Part shown: positions 58,801-64,000 of the stretch, in pieces
Layout: every line of letters starts with the position of its first letter
Numbering within the stretch: the stretch's first letter is position 1
From: Pirellulales bacterium
Lineage (GTDB): Bacteria; Planctomycetota; Planctomycetia; Pirellulales; JAICIG01
NCBI GenBank assembly: GCA_040901675.1
Contig: JBBDYJ010000029.1
Span: 1 to 64,000 of the forward strand
Length of the DNA stretch: 64,000 bases
Direction: 5' to 3'
Program-made: the position numbers and the translations under genes
Notes under the pieces: generated by a model
Database searches by the model: none
What the model saw: only the letters and a program-made list of their open reading frames with translations
Told to the model about the DNA's origin: nothing

Positions 58801-58898
58801 GCTCGCGGTCCAGCGACGGTCTCGACGCCGGCCTGGTCAGCGCCGAGCTGCCCAGCGTGCCCGACGACCGCTTGCCCGCCACGGAGTCAGCGGATTGA
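55872..58898 (+). CDS. Membrane Ser/Thr protein kinase with low-complexity linker and C-terminal beta-helix-like domain
   Basis: GGGGMG, VALK, HRDIKPSN, DMG, GTFDYISPEQ and DIYSLG, then one TM. Confidence 0.93.
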   Translation: MSNAGSSHQPLELTPLIQRSRGAPAPVDGGCDPDERTVISQRPPSPAASPARQTAPVELGKLLAGERLNHFELREFVGGGGMGAVFRAVDTMLNREVALKVLSRDQGADEETRRRFQNEAQSAARLDHENIARVYYVGEDRGLNYIVFEFIEGVNLRELVVERKGPLPLAEAISYTLQVAEALAHASSRDVVHRDIKPSNVIITAEGRAKLVDMGLARLHQVNPDAEELTASGVTLGTFDYISPEQARDPRSADVRSDIYSLGCTLYYMLTARPPFPEGTVLQKLLQHNSDEPPDPREFSPALPEEVSALVRKMLAKDPRRRFQNASELIAEMLLLAEQLGCPTPAARGLVLLANGPAAVSTWERHVPWVIPVVALLCIVLVMDRAWPSLEGEPARPSFARGGPAPSTQPAEDPRPRSLQRRGAAGGAGANPATQADFNARGAEPGRSAQPSGVPGSGAGVSQSNSGADDGSDSASRIIPEPGSHLVDPGGSNHDSIESRRAASGGAARVASDPVDAIGRASAAGALGASSQSPSVAPAGDAAGRASSDTPADPSNVRTGGTARPGTTSTPTGDLSQRPAAAQAPDQAASASQAAATAAPGPADDVQPGVLYVSETVRGPQHFATLREACAKARKNEVIELQYSGRRLSDPIALANQKLTIRAVEPFRPVIVFRPSEPDPITSPRSMITVAGGSLKLVNVSVELEVPRDLPADNWSLFETQLADSISLEKCVLTVRNASDQRGAYHQGVAFFRVKSAPGVDSMMASKGMMPLEAVEIRLDDCIARGEATFLRAGDLQPFRLSWDNGLLAISERLLSTEGAVSSAAGGGGQGRVELKHLTAVLGKGLCRLSNTADAPAQLDIEIACADSILVAAADASLVEQLGVSSLAGFQQRFRWNGEWNLYQGFSTFWRIQTDTSRPPLEWSFGPWRDFWKEAREVRPSLSQVVWARYPKADRPMHTHTAADYALDQQAIGNPARSRSSDGLDAGLVSAELPSVPDDRLPATESAD

Positions 58899-59120
58899 CG
58901 GCGCCGGCCCACCGATGCGAATCGGGCGAGTCACTGTCTCTTGGCTGCCGAGTGCACCCGCGCGCTGTTGCCCAAGCGGCCTGGATCGACTACGGTTGGC
59001 TCGATAAAGTCGGCTGCGATCGGCGCAAGCCGGCGTTTGATCCTGCTCGAAGCTTCGTTCCACGGCTGTACGAGCGCGAACTGGCTTCGTTTGAACCCTA
59101 CTTCTTGTGCGAGAGCCTGG

Positions 59121-60479
59121 ATGCAACCCCAAGAGAATGAAGCCCTCGACCCGTATACTGCGCCGGATAGTACGGCGGGATTGAACCTGCCGCTGTGGGA
59201 GAGGCTTCGCCTATGGTTCCTGGCGCACCCAATTGGGTTCTGGTTCTTTTTTTGGGGCGAACTGGCCGAGCGCTGCTCCTATTACGGGATGCGCGCCATC
59301 CTGACGTTGTACATGCTGGAACGGCTGGACTTCAGCGAGGGACAGGCCGGCGCCACCACGGCTCTCTTCATCGCGGGGACGTATCTGACGCCGCTTGCCG
59401 GTGGCTGGATCGCGGACAATGTATTCGGCAAGTACTGGACAATCGTGGGCTTTTCGCTGCCGTACATCCTGGGACATGTAATCCTCGGAATTGAGAGCAT
59501 TCCGTTTCTCGTGATTGCTCTGGTCTTGCTCTCCATGGGCAGTGGAGTGATTAAGCCGAACATTTCCACTCTGATGGGGATGACATACGACCAGCAGCGC
59601 CCCGGGAAGGAGAAGCTCCGCAGCGATGCCTTCGCCATGTTCTATTGGTCGATCAATATTGGGGCTGCCATCTCGTCAATCGCGGTTCCAGCGATCCGAA
59701 CGGCGTGGGGTTACTCGACCGCCTTTCTATTCCCGGCCGGCCTGATGGTGATTGCATTTGCCATCTTCGCATCGGGTAAGAAGTTTTATGCGGTAGAAAC
59801 GATCTCGCGCACGGAGAAGACAGCCGCCGAAAAAAAGGAACAGTGGCGGGCCATCGGACGCATCGCCGGCATCTTCGCCGCCGTCACGTTTTTCTGGAGC
59901 ATTTTCGACCAGTCTGCCAGCACGTGGGTGCTGTTCGCGAAGAACTACCTCGACCTTCACTTGTGGGGCGTAACGCTTAAGCCCGATCAAATCCAAGCTG
60001 CCAACCCCATCCTCATCATCGTGATGCTCCCCCCGGTGAGTCTCTTCTGGCGATTCCTGGCGGCACATGGCCTCCCCTTGCGCGCCACCGACAAGATGCT
60101 GATCGGTTTCATTCTTACCGCGGTGACCATGGCTATCATGGCGGCGGCCGGATTTTTGACGTCGCCGAGCGATAAGGCCTCCGTGCTTTGGGAGGTCGGA
60201 GCCTATGTCATTATTACGGTCGCGGAAATCTGCATCTCGGTCGTCGGTTTGGAGCTGGCCTTCACCGCGGCTCCGCAAAAGATGAAAAGCTTCATTACCG
60301 CCTGCTGGCTGGCGACGGTGTTCTTAGGGAACCTCTTGCACGCGCCGTTTGCTTATTTTTACGACTTCATGCCGCCCGGTTGGTACTTCGCGCTGATGAC
60401 GCTCATGATGGTCTTCGTCAGTTGTGGCTTCGTGTTCGTGGCACGGCGATTCAACCGCGCGTTGCCGATAGCCGTCTGA
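59121..60479 (+). CDS. POT/PTR2 family peptide:H+ symporter
   Basis: ELAERCSYYGMR (ExxERFxYY), GGWIAD, KPN and FYWSINIG. Start uncertain. Confidence 0.92.
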   Translation: MQPQENEALDPYTAPDSTAGLNLPLWERLRLWFLAHPIGFWFFFWGELAERCSYYGMRAILTLYMLERLDFSEGQAGATTALFIAGTYLTPLAGGWIADNVFGKYWTIVGFSLPYILGHVILGIESIPFLVIALVLLSMGSGVIKPNISTLMGMTYDQQRPGKEKLRSDAFAMFYWSINIGAAISSIAVPAIRTAWGYSTAFLFPAGLMVIAFAIFASGKKFYAVETISRTEKTAAEKKEQWRAIGRIAGIFAAVTFFWSIFDQSASTWVLFAKNYLDLHLWGVTLKPDQIQAANPILIIVMLPPVSLFWRFLAAHGLPLRATDKMLIGFILTAVTMAIMAAAGFLTSPSDKASVLWEVGAYVIITVAEICISVVGLELAFTAAPQKMKSFITACWLATVFLGNLLHAPFAYFYDFMPPGWYFALMTLMMVFVSCGFVFVARRFNRALPIAV

Positions 60480-60831
60480 GGCGAAAGCCACCCGCCCGCC
60501 ATCCTTATCGTCTTAAGTCGTTTTCACCGTGGGAGTTCCAAGCATGCTCAGATCGCAACTCCATGCCCCCGGCCCGCCTCCTTGACAGAACGGCCCTGGC
60601 GTGTTTTACTACGGTGGCGATTAAGAAGAGTGGCCCTGCCTGAAACGCTTTGCATCGTCCGCTGGCGCGGATAAATGACCTGCCTGAAGCGTGCTGGGAA
60701 AAAATCGAACTGGCCCTTGCAGCGTCCCTGGGTGTGCGCCTTGCCGCCCGAGGTTGCCGGCTTTGAGGGTTTTTCCGCCGAAATGGCTCGAGCCGCTGCC
60801 GTAAACAAAGGTTTTCCTGGAGAAATCGTGC

Positions 60832-61251
60832 ATGAAAAAGGCGATCTGGATCTTGTCGTTCCTGGCCCTGCTGGCGATGCTGTCGGTCAATTCGGCCAGC
60901 GCCCGTCCGCAGTTCTTTGCCGCGTTTCGCGCCAGGTACCTGAAGGCGGACGACGAGTCGGAAACGGGCAAGGCACTGAAGGATCAGGTCGACAAGGTCA
61001 AGTGCAACGTCTGCCACGGCAAAGACGACAAAGGCAAGATCGAATACAAAGTGCGCAATGCCTACGGCACCGCCTTGAGCAAGCTCCTCACCAAAGACGA
61101 CATCAAGAACAAGGACAAGATCCGCGAGGCCTTGGACAAGGTGGCTGAAGAAAAAGTGAGCGAGGCCGAGGATGCGCCGACCTTCGGCGATCGCCTGGCC
61201 GGAGGCAAGCTGCCCGGGGTCGAAGAAGCCGAGCAGACCGCGTCCAAATAA
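60832..61251 (+). CDS. Small secreted monoheme c-type cytochrome
   Basis: Signal peptide ending ASA, CNVCH and RNAYG. GGAG RBS. Confidence 0.82.
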   Translation: MKKAIWILSFLALLAMLSVNSASARPQFFAAFRARYLKADDESETGKALKDQVDKVKCNVCHGKDDKGKIEYKVRNAYGTALSKLLTKDDIKNKDKIREALDKVAEEKVSEAEDAPTFGDRLAGGKLPGVEEAEQTASK

Positions 61252-61274
61252 CGACCGCGGCCGAGTACGGACCC

Positions 61275-64000
61275 TTACCTGAAATCTCGCGATCGGCTGG
61301 TCAGCTCGCGCGACAGGCCGACCAGGTCTTCCAGTTTGCTCACCAGGATGTGGATCACCAGCCCCTGCCGCTGGAGCCGGCCATAAGCCAACAGGGCCGA
61401 GGCGCAAGCCGCCGCCTGGCGATAGCGCTCCCAGACGCTGGGGTGCACGATCAGGTTGGCGACGCCCGTTTCGTCCTCCAGGGTCACAAACGTGATCCCG
61501 CTGGCCGTGCCCGGACGCTGGCGGACCAGCACCAGGCCGGCGACACGCAGGAAGCGGCCCGGCGGCAGGCGGGACAGATCGGCGGCCCGGGCCACGTGGC
61601 GCTTGTCGAGCTCGGCGCGGAGGAAGGCGATCGGATGCCCCTTGAGCGATAAGCCCGCCGTGCGGTAGTCGGCCAGCACCTCCTCATACCGCCCGAGGCC
61701 GGGCAGCTCGCCGGGGCGCTGATCCGCCTGGGCCGATTCGATCCGGGCGAACAGCGGCAGTTCGGGTTCTTTCGGCTGCGACAAGGCTTGCCACAAGGCT
61801 CCGCGGCGGTCGAGATCGAGCGAGCCAAAGGCATCGGCCTTGGCCAGGCGGGCCAGCACCGCGCCGCCCAACCCCGTGCGGCGGGCAAAGTCTTCCATCG
61901 AACGAAACGGCCCTTGCCGCCGCGCTTGCTCGATGGCCATGGCATGCGTCTGGGAGAAGCCCAGGACCTGGCGAAACCCCAGGCGCAGCGCGAAGCGCGG
62001 CGGACGCTGTCCTTCGCCGGCCACGCGCTGGAACGTGCAATCCCAGTCGCTGGCATTCACATCGACCGCCAGCACCCGCACGCCGTGCTGCCGCGCATCG
62101 CGCACCAACTGGGCCGGCGCGTAGAAGCCCATCGGCTGGCTGTTGAGCAAGGCCGCGGCGAAGGCGGCCGGGTAATAGTGCTTGAGCCAGGCCGACACGT
62201 AGACCAACAGCGCGAAGCTGGCCGAGTGCGATTCGGGAAAGCCGTATTCGCCGAAGCCGCGGATCTGTTCGAACACCCGCCGGGCGTATTCTTCCGGTAG
62301 GCCGCGGCGGGTCATGCCGCCCAGCAGCTTCTGCCGGAACTCTTCGATCACTCCGGGCCGGCGCCAGCCCCCCATGGCCCGCCGGAGCTGGTCCGCCTCG
62401 CCGGGCGTGAAACCGGCCGCGACCACCGCCAGCCGCATCGCTTGTTCCTGGAAGATAGGCACGCCCAGCGTCTTCTCCAGGACCTGGCGGATCGCGTCGT
62501 TGGGAAATTCCACCGGCTCCAGCCCGCTCCGCCGCCGCAGATAGGGGTGTACCATGTTTCCCTGGATGGGTCCCGGCCGCACGATGGCCACCTCGATCAC
62601 CAGGTCGTAAAACGTGCGCGGCCGCAGCCGCGGCAGCATGCTCATCTGCGCCCGGCTTTCGATCTGGAACACGCCCATGGTGTCGGCCCGGCTGACCATG
62701 GCATACACGGCCGGGTCTTCGGCCGGCACCTGGGCCAGGCTGAGCCGGCGTCCCTCGTGCCGCTCGATCAGGTCGAAGCACTTGCGGATGGCGGTCAGCA
62801 TGCCCAGCGCCAGGCAATCGACCTTGAGGATCCCCAGCTCGTCCAGGTCGTCCTTGTCCCACTGGATCACGGTCCGATCGGGCATGGCCGCGTTTTCGAT
62901 CGGCACCACTTCCGAAAGCGGGCCGCGGGTGATCACCATGCCGCCCACGTGCTGCGAAAGGTGTCGTGGGAAACCGATCAACTGGCCGACGAGTGCCATC
63001 AGTTGCCGCCCGGCCTGCGAGGCGGGATCGATTTGGGCGCCGGCCAGGCGTTGTTCGAGCCCGGCCTGGCCATGGTAGCCCTCCAGCGTTTTGGCCAGAG
63101 CGTCGAGCTTTTCCAGAGGCAAGCCGAGCGCTTTGCCCACGTCGCGCACCGCCGACCGCGGCCGATACGTGATCACCTCGGCCGCCAGCCCGGCCCGCTC
63201 GCGGCCGTACTTGTCGTAGACGTACTGCAGCACTTCCTCGCGGCGCTCGTGCTCGAAGTCGACGTCGATATCGGGGGCCTCGTTGCGTTCGCGGCTGACA
63301 AACCGCTCGAAGAGCACGTCCAGCCGCTCGGGATCGACCGAGGTCACCCCCAGGCAATAGCAGACGGCCGAGTTGGCGGCCGAGCCGCGCCCCTGGCAAA
63401 GGATGCCCCGCGAGCGGGCGAACCGCACCAGGTCCCAGACGGTGAGAAAATAGGCCTCGTACTTCAGCTCGGCGATCAGCCGCAGCTCGTGCTCGACCAG
63501 CGAGCGCACCTTTTCCGGCACGCCGCGCGGGTAACGCAGTTGGGCGCCCTGCCAGGCCAGCCGGGCCAGGTACTCCAGCGGGCTGTCGCCGGCGGGGCAG
63601 AGCTCTTCGGGATACTCATATCGCAGCTCGTCGAGCGAAAACGTGCAGCGGCCGGCCACCTCGATCGTGCGGCGCAGAACGCCGGGCGCCCGGGCGAACA
63701 GGGCGGCCATTTCGCCGGGATGCTTCAAATGCCGCTCGGCATTGGCAAACAACAGCTCGCCCGCCTCGGCCACGGTGCAGCCTGCACGAATGGCGGTCAA
63801 CACGTCTTCCAGCGCCCGCCTCGCGGGCACGTGGTATCGCACGTCGTTGGCAGCCGCCAGCGCCACCCGCGCCCGCCGGGCCCGGCTGACCAACTGCTCC
63901 AGCCGCCGCTGGTCGTCGGGGCCCTGGTGCAGCTCGGCCAGGGCATAGCAGCGGTCGCCGAAAACATCGCGATATGCGTGCAAGCCTCCGTCCCGATCGT
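61275..64000 (-). CDS. dnaE2: Error-prone DNA polymerase DnaE2 (5' part lies outside the window)
   Basis: GRGSAANS, PDIDVD, RHLSQHVGG, GVFQIESRAQ, YGFPESH and C-terminal SRDFR. The frame is open to the window edge. Confidence 0.96.
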   Translation of the reverse strand, partial: DRDGGLHAYRDVFGDRCYALAELHQGPDDQRRLEQLVSRARRARVALAAANDVRYHVPARRALEDVLTAIRAGCTVAEAGELLFANAERHLKHPGEMAALFARAPGVLRRTIEVAGRCTFSLDELRYEYPEELCPAGDSPLEYLARLAWQGAQLRYPRGVPEKVRSLVEHELRLIAELKYEAYFLTVWDLVRFARSRGILCQGRGSAANSAVCYCLGVTSVDPERLDVLFERFVSRERNEAPDIDVDFEHERREEVLQYVYDKYGRERAGLAAEVITYRPRSAVRDVGKALGLPLEKLDALAKTLEGYHGQAGLEQRLAGAQIDPASQAGRQLMALVGQLIGFPRHLSQHVGGMVITRGPLSEVVPIENAAMPDRTVIQWDKDDLDELGILKVDCLALGMLTAIRKCFDLIERHEGRRLSLAQVPAEDPAVYAMVSRADTMGVFQIESRAQMSMLPRLRPRTFYDLVIEVAIVRPGPIQGNMVHPYLRRRSGLEPVEFPNDAIRQVLEKTLGVPIFQEQAMRLAVVAAGFTPGEADQLRRAMGGWRRPGVIEEFRQKLLGGMTRRGLPEEYARRVFEQIRGFGEYGFPESHSASFALLVYVSAWLKHYYPAAFAAALLNSQPMGFYAPAQLVRDARQHGVRVLAVDVNASDWDCTFQRVAGEGQRPPRFALRLGFRQVLGFSQTHAMAIEQARRQGPFRSMEDFARRTGLGGAVLARLAKADAFGSLDLDRRGALWQALSQPKEPELPLFARIESAQADQRPGELPGLGRYEEVLADYRTAGLSLKGHPIAFLRAELDKRHVARAADLSRLPPGRFLRVAGLVLVRQRPGTASGITFVTLEDETGVANLIVHPSVWERYRQAAACASALLAYGRLQRQGLVIHILVSKLEDLVGLSRELTSRSRDFR

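Noticed and set aside
60582..60610. sigma70 promoter TTGACA-N17-TTTACT upstream of the cytochrome
   Set aside because: The -10 element lacks the near-invariant A at -11, so it is not supportable without TSS data.

Overview
This is a GC-rich bacterial chromosomal window with a Planctomycetota (Pirellulales-like) gene repertoire: DUF1501, a PVC-type CxxCH protein, DUF1080, a BBP7-like porin, DUF1573 and TadG-like proteins. The taxonomic call is inferred from gene content. It holds about 46 CDS, including trxB, asnS, a UvrD/PcrA helicase, YhaO/YhaN-like genes, rluA, hflX, rsgA and a dnaE2 cut by the window edge, plus tRNA-Val(TAC) and the RNase P RNA gene. No transposase, integrase, cas gene or true CRISPR array is present. 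The most notable non-standard signals are: (1) a three-unit array of ~64-bp hairpin repeats with ~65-bp spacers (10996-11315), whose dispersed copies show stem covariation; (2) several distinct REP-like palindrome families, including a nested element and an identical inverted pair bracketing rluA and a DUF1080 gene; (3) a diverged, frame-preserving duplicate of the helicase 3' end, separated from the gene by a perfect 21-bp inverted repeat; (4) a catalytically degenerate Mre11-like protein coupled to a membrane-anchored SMC-like ATPase with a very acidic tail; (5) a tandem tadE-tadG duplication with decay of the second tadE; (6) an in-frame fusion of a His-containing membrane domain to aldose 1-epimerase beside a candidate sugar-oxidation operon; (7) an orphan MqsA-like antitoxin with a perfect operator palindrome over its -10 box. 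All calls come from reading motifs by eye; no database searches were run.
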